Shown here: positions 52,731 to 64,000 of the stretch, one piece after another | How the letters are laid out: every line of letters begins with the position of its first letter | Position numbering within the stretch: the first letter of the stretch is position 1 | Source: Hydrolagus colliei | Lineage: Eukaryota | Assembly (NCBI GenBank): GCA_035084275.1 | Contig: CM068754.1 | Coordinates: 13,950,001 to 14,014,000, forward strand | DNA length: 64,000 nucleotides | Reading direction: 5' to 3' | The notes under the pieces: generated by a model | What the model was told of the DNA's origin: nothing | Databases searched by the model: none | What the model saw: the letters and a program-made list of their open reading frames with translations, nothing else | Made by a program: the position numbers and the translations under genes

Positions 52731-54914
52731 AATGTTATAGTTGGTAAGAAGAACACTATCTTATCCCTTGATTGTTGCTCTAAAGTAGAGCACGAAAAAT
52801 CGTAGCATTGGAGAAAGTGATATTTCATCATCATCATAATAATATGGGCAACGTGGCATGAAATGTCACAGAACTTGCAACATTTCAACCAGCTCTACAT
52901 CAAATATTCTTCCAAAGTTCACTGGGAATTTGAAAGGGCCGAGAAGATTTCAAAATATTTTTCACAAAGCAGATCAAAATGAAATAACTCATACTCTAGG
53001 TCAGTGTTTTGTTAAAGAATGGAACTGTACAGATGCCTTTATGCCCCATTAATTGTAATACAGATAACGGTGCCAAAAATAATGAGCCATGCAGGGTATG
53101 GAGCAGAAGGCCTTGGTAATTTTCACTTTGTAGTATGAATTAACTGGATAGACTGAAGTGTGTGAGCTCATATATGCAGAACCAGAGGTTGTGGGGGGAA
53201 TGTAATGGAAATACCTCTGCGCTCATTTTAATTTGTCCAATCTATTTTCAGGTGCACTGTAACTGGGCATTTATTTCATTCAGACGTACTCATTGAATGC
53301 TCTTTAAATTAAAAGCTCTTTGCATTAAAGGAATGTTTCTGCAATTGCAAATGCAATTTGATGTGCTGAAAGCATGTTAGTATATTGCATGGTACAAGAG
53401 AAAGCTGGCATTCAAAGCAAAGTCTGCTACTAAAAATCCACACTGGCTGGAATACATCTCAGAAGGGAAACATTTATCTTCATACAGTCATTAAATTCAG
53501 TGAATAGCATTATATTCTAACTGCCAATATGCTCACCCTATTATAGGCAGAGCTGTGGAAGACTTTGAACTGTAGTCGGTGTCACAAAGTGTTTTTGTGA
53601 ACAATTAGATGTACAATGAAATATTGATCTCTAGAAGAATCACACTGGTCTTGTAAAGCAGAGACAAGTATTCACTGAAAGGGCTTTGCTTTGTATAGCT
53701 AGCAACGAAACTGCACACACAATAAATATTTAATAAGAATTCCCTTCTGGTGGGATTTGTGCCCCGTAGCATCTCATTACCATGTCTCGGAATAGCATCC
53801 TCATTGGCACTTGCTTAATTACTTTCAGAAAGAGTCGAAATGTGCGGCTGCTGGGATCAGAAAGTGATTAAACTATCTGGCAGGTTACAGTGTCCCTCAT
53901 TATGATCCTCATTTAGCACTTCCTAATGGATTTACATTTTTACCACTCTGATTTAATTTTTTTTGCCTTCATTCCCACAAAAGCATGAGTCGACAATGAG
54001 CAATTAATTCCTAATGAAAGGTGTCTCTCAGTCCCTCTCAGCAGGCTGTCAGGGGTGATTGGCACTGTCAGCAGCTCAGCAGTAAAGTATGCTGTAATGT
54101 GACAGATTGCATTCTGCAAAATGCTAAATGAAAAGTGAGGATTTGTGATTTCCATTGCCCACAGCTACATTTTTGACAGGTTTGACATTTGGTGCAATAA
54201 AGTACGCAGAGGATCTGAGCAGCCCCTGCTGGTTGGCAGAAACTATCACAAATTCTAGACATTCATTCATTCATTTTTGTCTGCAGTTGGCACTATTTAG
54301 TTATAAAAGTTCAGGTGGTCGAAGCCATCAGTCTTATGCAAGGTAGATTTGAAAGGCATAAGATTGCAGTTTTCTATGTTATATTGATTTTAGCACTAGG
54401 AATTCGTGAAGAATTAAATCTGCTTTTGAGTGCTGTTCTCAGTTGTATTTTGTCTCCCCAACACGTAATGTGACCGTATTGAAGTGAAGTATTAAGTGTC
54501 TTGTTTCGAAACAAGTCAGCAAGCATCTCTCTGGGAATGCTCGCTGAACACCTTGCTCTAAATTGGTGACAGCATAACTTGAGGCAGTGAAGTAATAATA
54601 ATAATCCTTGAATTTGGCTCAGTTAATGATGACAGATCAGATTAAATTATCATGTCAAAGTTTTCACAATATCTTCATATTTTAACAAGTCACATTTTTA
54701 TCCATCAGGGTACATTTAAATAGTTACCTGTTTAGAATGTAATACTGTAGGGTTTTTTTTTCTTTTGATAAAATAACGCATCTCGATATGGATTTGAAAT
54801 CCCATTTTTTCTACCTACAAATATGTTTTTAACATTGTTTCCGTAATTACGTTGGAGGTCAACTAAGTGAAGCAAGAATAACTCTGCCTTTACTGTTTGT
54901 CAAAGGCAACAATT

Positions 54915-55110
54915 TCACATGGTCACAAGAGAGGTTCAATTGAAAATCTATTTCCTTCCTGCCATCCAACCAGACTTCCCTTTATAGTATCCAGCTGTTT
55001 CTTAAATGAGTCCAATTCTGGCTTCAACCATCCTTCCTGGTAACCTTGTGTGTAAAGAAATGCTTCCTGGTGTCTACCTTAAAATTGCCTTTTCCAATCC
55101 CCAACCCAAT
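54915..55110 (-). mobile_element. CR1 3' region fragment
   Basis: 'gcttcaaccatccttcctggtaacc...gtgtaaagaaatgcttcctg', typical of the reverse-complement CR1 ORF2 end. Confidence 0.55.
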
Positions 55111-57879
55111 TCAGTAATTAATGAAACGTAAAGAGGAAAGATGATCGTATTTTGGAATTCTCAAAGTAGGCGTATGCCGGGACAACTTGGTGAGTCATTG
55201 TACATGAGAACTGTGCAAATAAAGGATGCATGTATAGAATGGATGGGCTCCAGGGCAAAGCAATTTGTGAATGTTTACACCTGTGTTTGCAGAGAAAACG
55301 AAGTAGTTTCTGCATATAGAGGTATTTTATAGCCGGATTTCTGATTTGATTTTCTGATGTTTTGCTGCTATATTGTGGAGACTCTGTGAAGACTGTATAA
55401 GCTGATGTTGGATGTTGCGTGTATTTTGCAATAATTTCTGAAATATCAGAAAGGAAGTCTACTGTGATTGTGTAATATTTATCTATCTCAGTGCTCTATC
55501 TAAAGTGCTCGGCCCCCACAAAAAAATGGGTGCATGTTGCAGATGATGAATGCATTAACGGGAAAGCCACATACACCCAGCTTGGTTTAAGTTGAATTAA
55601 ACCCCATCCTGCTCGTTGCTGATTAAAGTCATAATTGAACTGTAACAGATACAATACAAATGTACAATGGAAACTACATTTACACTTAGCCCTTTCAATG
55701 CTTGAAGGACATGCAGATATGTCAGGGTGTAACTACAGTTGGTTATTAAGTATCGGGTCCTATGTTCATCTGACTTTTCATTGTCCATTTGTGCACAACA
55801 ATAACATATCCATGGGCAAGAACATCGTTATGTGACTCGACCTCTCACCCCACCCCTCTGTCCGGTCACTCAGTGTCCAGCACCAAATGGCCAAATATTT
55901 TACTCCGTGTGAAAAGGTGGTTGATCATTGCAATTGTCGTTGTTGTTATTATTGTTAATTAAGAAATCTAGAAACTACTTCACGGAATCCAATTCGAAAT
56001 CAATCTACTATCAGAGAAAGCTCCCTGGTGTCAGATTGACATGCGTAAAGTACTTCCATTATCAGGAGCTCACTTCTTAATTAAGAAATCTGTTAAGAAA
56101 TGCTATAAAATCGACCTTTTTGTTTGGTTATTGCTAACTCGGTGCAATAATATATTTCACGCTACTAGTAAAATAGTTAATTATTGCAGTCGGTTGCCTG
56201 GAGCCAAAATGATCTGAGGAGGAAATCCATTTGAGAATTTCTTTTGCAATCTACCTGATGCTTTCGAGCATCCAATTTCAGTGTGTCTGGTGGAGGAATT
56301 AATTGAATCCCGGCTAGGTCTGTGCACCTATTTTCATAGAGTTATTCACAGAAACGTATCTGGTGTATTTTATGATGTTGATGGACTGATTGGAACAGAG
56401 GGAGATGTTCTGCAGATATCTGATCCATGGTGACACAGTGGGAAAAGTGTCTGGTTTCTTTTGTTAGAAATTCTGACCAGCAGGATTGACTTCTGACCAG
56501 CAACGCGCTCGTGTGAAACCCAAAACTATACGCTCACCATGACCATTCATATAGTTACTGCAGCTATCAGAAACACTAACACCTCCATCATCAACACAGC
56601 TTGCTTCAATCTCCAGGCTCAGCTCTTCTGCCATAGCCCACAGTTTCTGCAGCATACAGGTGGTACAGAAATGCGATATCCTGCTAGCTGTGAGTGAATT
56701 GTCAGCTCTTTCTCGATGCGTACTGAAGTTTAGTGCTCATTAAAGTCAGACGAAACTGCTTGAAACAAAATGTTGTTCCATTTCACATCAATGAGAGAGG
56801 CACCCTAGGGTCAGATGCAATACAGATCAACGACCAAAGTGAGATTCTTTATAGTGCTTCCTGCCTCCCCTTTACATACACACCAACACCATTTCTCATT
56901 AACTCAGTCATTTTTCTGAACACAGGAGAGAAAAATGTGGCAATTGATTTCACCTGTGACCAAAAATGCAAAAGTAGCTGCTGGTTCTGACTAACATTGG
57001 GGCGAAAACGTGTGTGGGGGAGGGAGCAAGGTATAGAATTAAAACAAATTTTAGAAAAATCTAATGATTCTCAGTTCTCAGTCTCACTGAAACTTTGCTT
57101 TAGAAATGCTAAATAATCTCTCATTATACCCTCCAGAAAATCATGCGATAGTTCTGCCCTGCTGTAAAGACATCCCCCATCGGCCCTCTACAATCAGTGT
57201 AGCCTAAGCTCTCCCACTGACTGTCATTAGCACTGCTTTTGAGACTGTGGCATGCGTTTATAAAAAAAATAATAGATGTGGTGAGTAAAATGTTGCCATT
57301 TAATTGCAAGGGGTTCATATCATGTTCATGAACCACTTGAGCTTCATTCTCAGGATCTCAATTCTATAATTAATTGCAGCCTTCTACTTACTCCCAACCA
57401 TCCTCAATTCTGCATGGAAAACATTATACAATTCACCTTTTCAGTTGCGCATGAACCACTGCTTATTGAATTAAATGCATCCTTCGCATATCGTTCTCGC
57501 AAACAAGCAGCATCATAAAGTGAATGCTTGATGAATAGGCAAAATGCCACTGAATTGCTTTCTTCTTCACTGAATGCTTTTCATCGTTCTCACCTTGTAC
57601 GCCACTGATTCGTCTACATATTCCTCCGAGCAGTAAGGTAACAGCATGAGCTCCAAACTCTTCTGTCTTGCTTTCCCCTGGTGGGTTTCGTTGCCAGCAG
57701 GAAGCAAATGGAATCTAATACAGGGCAATGTCTAATGAGATTCTTTAATAAGGAACTCTGCTCCCACTCTATCTTCTTTTGGACTTGAATTCCCATAGTT
57801 ATGTATCTAATGTGCCAGATGCACTTCCGGTTACCGGAAACTCCACCTGGATTCTTTATTAACAAATCTTTTGTATTCT

Positions 57880-58022
57880 CCCCCACCCACCTTGATTTAT
57901 CACCCGCATGGCCATCCTTCTCCCCTCCTTTTTCCCTCCTCTCCTCCCAACTCCACTCCCACTCATTTTGTGATGTCCTCCTGACATGAATAATGCTGTA
58001 TAAATAATAATAATAATAAAAA
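57880..58022 (+). mobile_element. L2-type 3' tail fragment
   Basis: C-rich segment, then 'gatgtcctcctgacatgaataatgctgtataaa' and (AAT)n. Confidence 0.65.
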
Positions 58023-59379
58023 ATAATCCTAACTTTTGGTACAACTCCTTTGACATTTGGGGAATGTATCAAAGAGCTTTACGGGATACAGTAGGACGTG
58101 TAATGATGAGTTGTGTTATGAGAGTGAATTTGTATTTACACTGGGGAAAACGTGAAAGGGTAAATTCTCCTAATGAATTAACCAGCGGAATGCTACAGTA
58201 CAACAAAAAATCTTGCATTCATATCATGCTCTTCAAGCAGGGTAGCATCTTGGAGGGCTAAGAAAAATGCCCAGAGTTTTCTATTGAGCTGGAGAGAAAT
58301 GAGGGCTGATCACAAACACAGTACGAAAGTAAAGGCGGAAAGCCAAAGATTTTAAGACACACAATCTATAAGAACTACATAATGCATCTTTTTCTGCTTT
58401 GTGGTGAACTCGCAACATTCCTTTCTAACTCCTCATACAAAAACACACTTTGCTTTTGCTATTTCTTTGCTTCAGTAAAACATTTGAGTTACTGGGTTTG
58501 GTGAGTGAAAAAGTCAATTCAGGCAAATTAGGTAAAAGTCAAATTTGGCAAGCTGTGAATAATTGTAGAAATATTTTCCAGTGCTCGCTGGAGCTGGGGA
58601 TCAGCTGGGAGCATTAAATCAGATTCTGATTTATTATGTTTAAAACAAAAACTACAAGGAATATTATTAAGATTTTATTGTTTGAGGGAAAATTCATGTG
58701 CCTGATTTTCATAAAACTGAATTTATTTTTATTCTCTGAATATCCTTTGTCTCACCATCTCTAGCATCCCTTAAAATTCTTCTAGACCATTGTTTTTCTT
58801 TCTGCTTCTACAAATGTGACAACCTTTATCTTTGTACTTTTAAATTCTTTAAAAATATTCACTTAAATGTTCAGTTTGTTTTCTCGTCTCTGACTGACAC
58901 ACAAATATATGTTTCCTAGCCTGGAATGAATGAATCTACCGTTGAGTATCGTTATAGATTACAACAAAGTAAATCTGCATGTGAGGTAACATAAATACCA
59001 TAGAACCTTATTTCACTGTTAAGAATGATACAATTTTAGGGGGCTTTTAGCAGTGATTTTTACAACACATTGTGAAATGACTGTGAAGTTTCCTTGTTTA
59101 ATATAATACTAAGTCACGTAGATATAATAGATTCATCTTCAAGACACTTGAAAATATAGAATCAAGAAAAATAATGTGGGCTAAGATGAAGCCAATTAAT
59201 AAGTAGGGCTGAGCAAGAGACTAATTGAGCTAAATCTAACAAGTATTTTCGAGTGGAAACCAATTTAATGATCTCTGCAGTTGATACAACAACTAGGATT
59301 TATACCCCTTCACTTGGGGGTAGTGTCTCTGTGTGTCTTATCGTTTCATTGAGATGTCTGTCTTGAAGCACATCGCAGG

Positions 59380-59505
59380 ATTTCACAGTGCTCTCCCAGC
59401 ACTGCACTGGAATGCTAGCTTAGATTTAGAGTTCAAAGTCTCTATGTGTGGCTTGAACCCATGACTCATGGCCGAGAACGCTGTTAACCTTACCAGACTG
59501 ACACC
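59380..59505 (-). mobile_element. DeuSINE-like head fragment
   Basis: 'cagcactgcactggaatg.tagcttagattt...ggcttgaacccatgac'. Confidence 0.6.
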
Positions 59506-62500
59506 TGCAAGCGAGCAGATTTAAATCTAGCAAATATGCTTCACCAACATTTTTTTAAAAAAAGGGGTCCTTACAAATCATGTCCGTCAGAAGCGACTGA
59601 TTGCTTTATAGTTTGCATTTTTAGACTCTGATAGGGAGCTGTATTTTTCTTTTCAAGACATCCCTAATGCCTTTTGTCCACAGCAGGGAAGAGTAAATCA
59701 CAAGTGCTGTCAGAGCATTATTACACGGCATCATTTAGAATTTAAGTAGCCTCTTTCCTGTAAGAGGCTTCTTGGTGCATTAAATATGTACGAGTTCTCC
59801 TAAAAATACTGAAAGAAACATAATTTTTCAAGTTACACAGCAGCAAATTCATTGAAAACTTTGTGAACAATGCACCGCACATTCGTACGGTGGAATGAAT
59901 AGGAAAAATGTTTTCCTTTATACAAAATGTTTGAAAGAACTTACAAAGGCGAAGGTGATGACCCATGGAAAATCCTGTCAGTTTAGAGACAAATTGGATG
60001 AATGTAAGATCTGACAGCTCTATAGGGAAATGACTCATTTAAATTCTGTTTCCGTGCATGCAAACATTCAATAACTATTCCAGCATTTATAAGCACTTCT
60101 GACATTCAGATTAAGATATCATTACAGTTGTGTTTGGAATGGAAAATGGAAATGTAATCAAGTGGGGTGCTATTCTATTTACCCTTGTGTTCAAAGGAAG
60201 TAAAGCTAAGTCCAAATGTCATTCAAGACTAGAATTTGTATTTGGGATCTCTGACTTGTAATCTATCTTATCAATCTAGTGAGCAACCTACTTCTTTCTG
60301 AACCCAGGATTTATAAAAAGCTTATCAAGTTAGTTAGTTTTCTTTGTTTTGAAAGTGATGGGAATCTTAAAACTGCACCTTGAAAAAGAGAAGCAACAAC
60401 ACTTGATCAATATTACAAACAGGATCAGAAAAATAGAGGTAATTATCCATAAAATTGGTATCACACAATATTGGTTTTATAAAGCGATAAGAAAAGTAAC
60501 AGATGTTTCCCTCTCAATACAATGTAGTAGATCTAGAGTAAGAGGAAGTTGCGGTACTGTGCATTTTACATTAGATATATCTAAGCTTACAATATAAAGA
60601 CTATCTTGCCACCTGCAATGAAACCACTAATTGTTGCCTTGCCTCTCGACTAGGACGGAGTTCACCTAAGGAAGTTGTGAGGTTTTTTGCAGTGATGTTA
60701 ATTTTCCACACAAAATATGATCAAACAAGCAGCACAGCTTAAATTTCCTCTGGGTTCTAGCCAAATATGTGCTTTCTGCATGAATATCTACTTTGTGATC
60801 CAAGAAGATAACACAGATGGAAATGGAGAAAGGTGGCCAAATGCTGCAGAAACAAAACTGATCAGTTTTATTGCCCCTGGTTTTATCATTTTGCCCAAAT
60901 TGAAACAGATTCTTGTTGCTTTTTAAAATTTTTATTGCCATGAAATTATCCCCAGCTTTATGAAATCTGTCTTCCAGGTGGGAATCTTGGGTTCAATTTA
61001 AATAATTTTTCAACCTGATATTTTGAAGCTTTTTTTTCCACTTAAAATAAAAGTTTATTTTATTATTGTTTTCTCTAATATTTTCCTTTCTCAGCATCCA
61101 CCCACTTCCCATTATATATGCTCTCTGCTCCTGGCCTTGTCTCCTAATGCTGGAGTGCGGATCCAGGGCACTGGTTACTTTGTGCTATCCTACCCAAGGA
61201 CCCACCTGTCATGTGTGATTCTAGGCTTCTTTTAAGTGACCTCTTCCCCCCGCCCCTCTGTCTGTCTGTCTGTCTGTCACACAGAGTAAAGGGATGCTTT
61301 ATTAGACAAGTAGCAGGAACGTTGGCTTGTTTCCTCCTCCCAGAGCCTCAGGAAGGCCAGAATTTCTTCAGCTGCACCATTCAGCCCCTGGCTAACACCA
61401 GCAAACTGAGCGTTGGACCAGCATTCAAATCTGGTCTATAAGCTACAGTTTTAATGCAATATTTCTGAAGTGATCTCTTAATTAGGAAATTCAGAAATCC
61501 ATTGTACCAAGTTGTGGGAATACAAGTAGAATTCTATAGTGGGACCCTCACTGCACCCAGGGAATTGGCACCTGTACCAGTGGGAAGCTTCCTGACTCAG
61601 TATAGGCACGTTACAGACCATTACAACTAAATCAACCTTATTTAACTTTCCAAGGAATATCAGGCATTACATCCCTCAAATTAGAACTTAAGAAAATAAA
61701 ACCAATGTAAGAGGCTTTATAAACTAATGACCAGCACAAATTTGATGTATGACTCAACATCAATAGTTTACCAAAGAAAATAAACTGTCTGGTTTGGGGC
61801 ATTATTCCTCGCTTATTCAGGAAGAGGGGGACTGCAAGATGATTGTTTCAAGTGCAATTAGTTGAAACTGCCAAGAAGTCATTTCACTTGTCATCCGGAG
61901 AGTGTCAAGTCAAATGATTCATTTTGAGTGTTAATTGGAAGTGTACTCCACAACATTACGAAGGGAATGAGAAGCATTAAAAACTATCATTAACCGCACA
62001 AAATGGAACAAGAAGATGGCATATTTCTTATGTCTGAGACTGTCTAATGAGGAGAAAAATACTTGAACTTAACGAGTCTGATTTTTAAAAAAATAAACAC
62101 TCTTTGCCAGGCTTACTCTGATTGTTGGCAGAACATAGACGTTCTGTTTTCTACAAGGCAGCTTCACTGATTTGAATCATATAAAGAAAAAAGAGACATA
62201 AAACCAGAGTTGAGTGAGGTAAGTTATTACACATGTATGTTGCAGCTGCACAAGATCCATAAAATAATATCTATTTTTGCCAGATCAACCTCGGCACTAA
62301 TTCAAACAAATTGTGAAGTGAATTATTGGCCAGATGTTAATTAGTGAGATACTTCTATCTACATGAAATGGAAACAGTATTGCAAGGAATATATTCTGGG
62401 ATCTAGATTTTACGAGTTGTCTCCATCTTGAATGTATTTTGAGCTGTCCAGTGCTGCTGCTCAGAATCCCCCTAATATTCCCAAGGGGTATTTGTCACAA

Positions 62501-64000
62501 AGTTGGGCATTTGTGTAGTTTGTGTAGTTTACTAAATGTTTTGGTAAATATCTTTCCTGATGCATTCAAGTCATCGGCATTCATCTTTGCAAAGCAAAGC
62601 AAATGCATTATATCTGCTCCAATTGTTTCATAATGTATATAGATAGTGAACTTTAAAGGACAGGAGCTTCACAATGGATTAGACAGATGAAATAATTCAC
62701 AATGTGTCATGATATGTGTTTGTGCTGACGATAGGTTGAAAACGAAACATTTCAACATCAATTTAGCAAGATGCTATCTAGCGGTCCATTATCTAACTTA
62801 TAGCTCCCAGCAAGAAAGTAGACAAGAGTAAAGGTTGAAGGACATGACTCTGGCATTTTGTGTGCAACAACAAATCTAAACTACCTTGGGTTTTGCAATG
62901 AAATTGTTTTATATCGTAATCTAGATCTGATTTTTATAAAGATTACACCAAGAGTTTATTGTGGCAAATTCAATCCTCTTCTATGCTGATAGTTACTAAA
63001 CAACTGATCCAGATTAGTAGGACCTGGTCTCCCCAATGCACATTGTTGGAAGAACAGCAATAGAGGGAAATAGAGCAGAAAGAGTCTTCAAAGTGTCATA
63101 TTGAGATTTGCCACATAACTGTAACTATTGGAAGGGAGATGTTTTAATTAATTATCCATAAAATATTTAATTTACTACAGCTACAGTTATTAATCAACTG
63201 CTTAGCTGTATTACGCCTCTGGTGTACATATTTATATTGATGTAAGAGGGAAAGTATAATGCCACTGACAGGCATGACAGCATTTGAGAAATGAGATATG
63301 ACAGTGCCAGTAAACACATTTAGTAATTCTGAGGTGTGGGTGGGAAAGACATGTGTCACAAAGCTTCAGATGTTCTACTTTCATGCACAAATGTGCAACA
63401 ATATTTGCTAAGTTGACTTTATACAAGATAAAATAAAGGTAATTAAGTAATACGGGTAAATCTACCTCATTAGCAGAAATGTCATATAATGTTTTCTCAC
63501 ATAATTTTGCAGAACACTGGGGAGTACAGTATAGTTGGCGTATACATTGGTAACCAAATACTATATGTCTTGACCTGAGGTTAGGTACCGCCAGGCTCTG
63601 TTTAAAGTGACTGAGATCACATGAAACCACTTTAGTTCGTATGGGAATTATATTAGTGCAGATTTAATTAGTCTGCACAAAATATGCCACAACCAGCCAT
63701 AAATAGGGTCAAGTTACAGAATTTTAATTAATCACCTTTAACTGTACAGGTTCTGCACCCACCAACCAGTCACTAATCCAAATCGCAGGAAAATCACAAA
63801 AAAGAGTGGGTAGTATATGTTTGTCAAGATCAAATGTCTCTTTCTTTCAGCGAGGATCAGAATGCTCCATTGGGAGTGAAAACTAAGGGGGAGTTACGAG
63901 TCTACGATGGGTGAGAGAGTGATTGGAGACCATCAAATAATGGGAGACATTTCAAGTGCTGTCGGTGTTTCAATGGTTTCCTATTTGGGACCATCGGCCA

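Noticed and set aside
56464-56655. 63-aa acidic minus-strand ORF as a possible exon of a downstream gene such as IDS
   Set aside because: No recognisable similarity and no convincing splice-site pair

Overview
Vertebrate genomic DNA, most likely from a cartilaginous fish (chimaera/elephant-shark type; inferred from the SINE/L2/CR1 content, not verified). Bases 1042-15624 hold the last ten coding exons of an AFF-family (AF4/FMR2) gene on the + strand. The exons splice in frame at GT-AG sites, and the C-terminal homology domain matches AFF2/FMR2 best. A repeat-free 3' UTR of about 5.4 kb follows, ending at twin AATAAA signals near 20952-20970. The remaining ~43 kb is intergenic: tRNA/Deu-type SINEs, L2 and CR1 LINE fragments and candidate conserved non-coding elements. 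Almost all entries in the ORF track are spurious. I found no intact novel protein system. The best leads are: (i) a heavily eroded fossil of a Crypton-type tyrosine-recombinase DNA transposon at ~51.0-51.9 kb, invisible to the ORF track; (ii) a SINE/L2 pair whose shared 3' stem-loop shows a compensatory base-pair change; (iii) a candidate in-frame 84-nt cassette exon in AFF2; (iv) inverted SINE pairs bracketing AFF2 exons; (v) a possible L1/Tx1 fossil at ~29.3-30.5 kb. Comparisons with known proteins and repeats are from memory; no database was searched.
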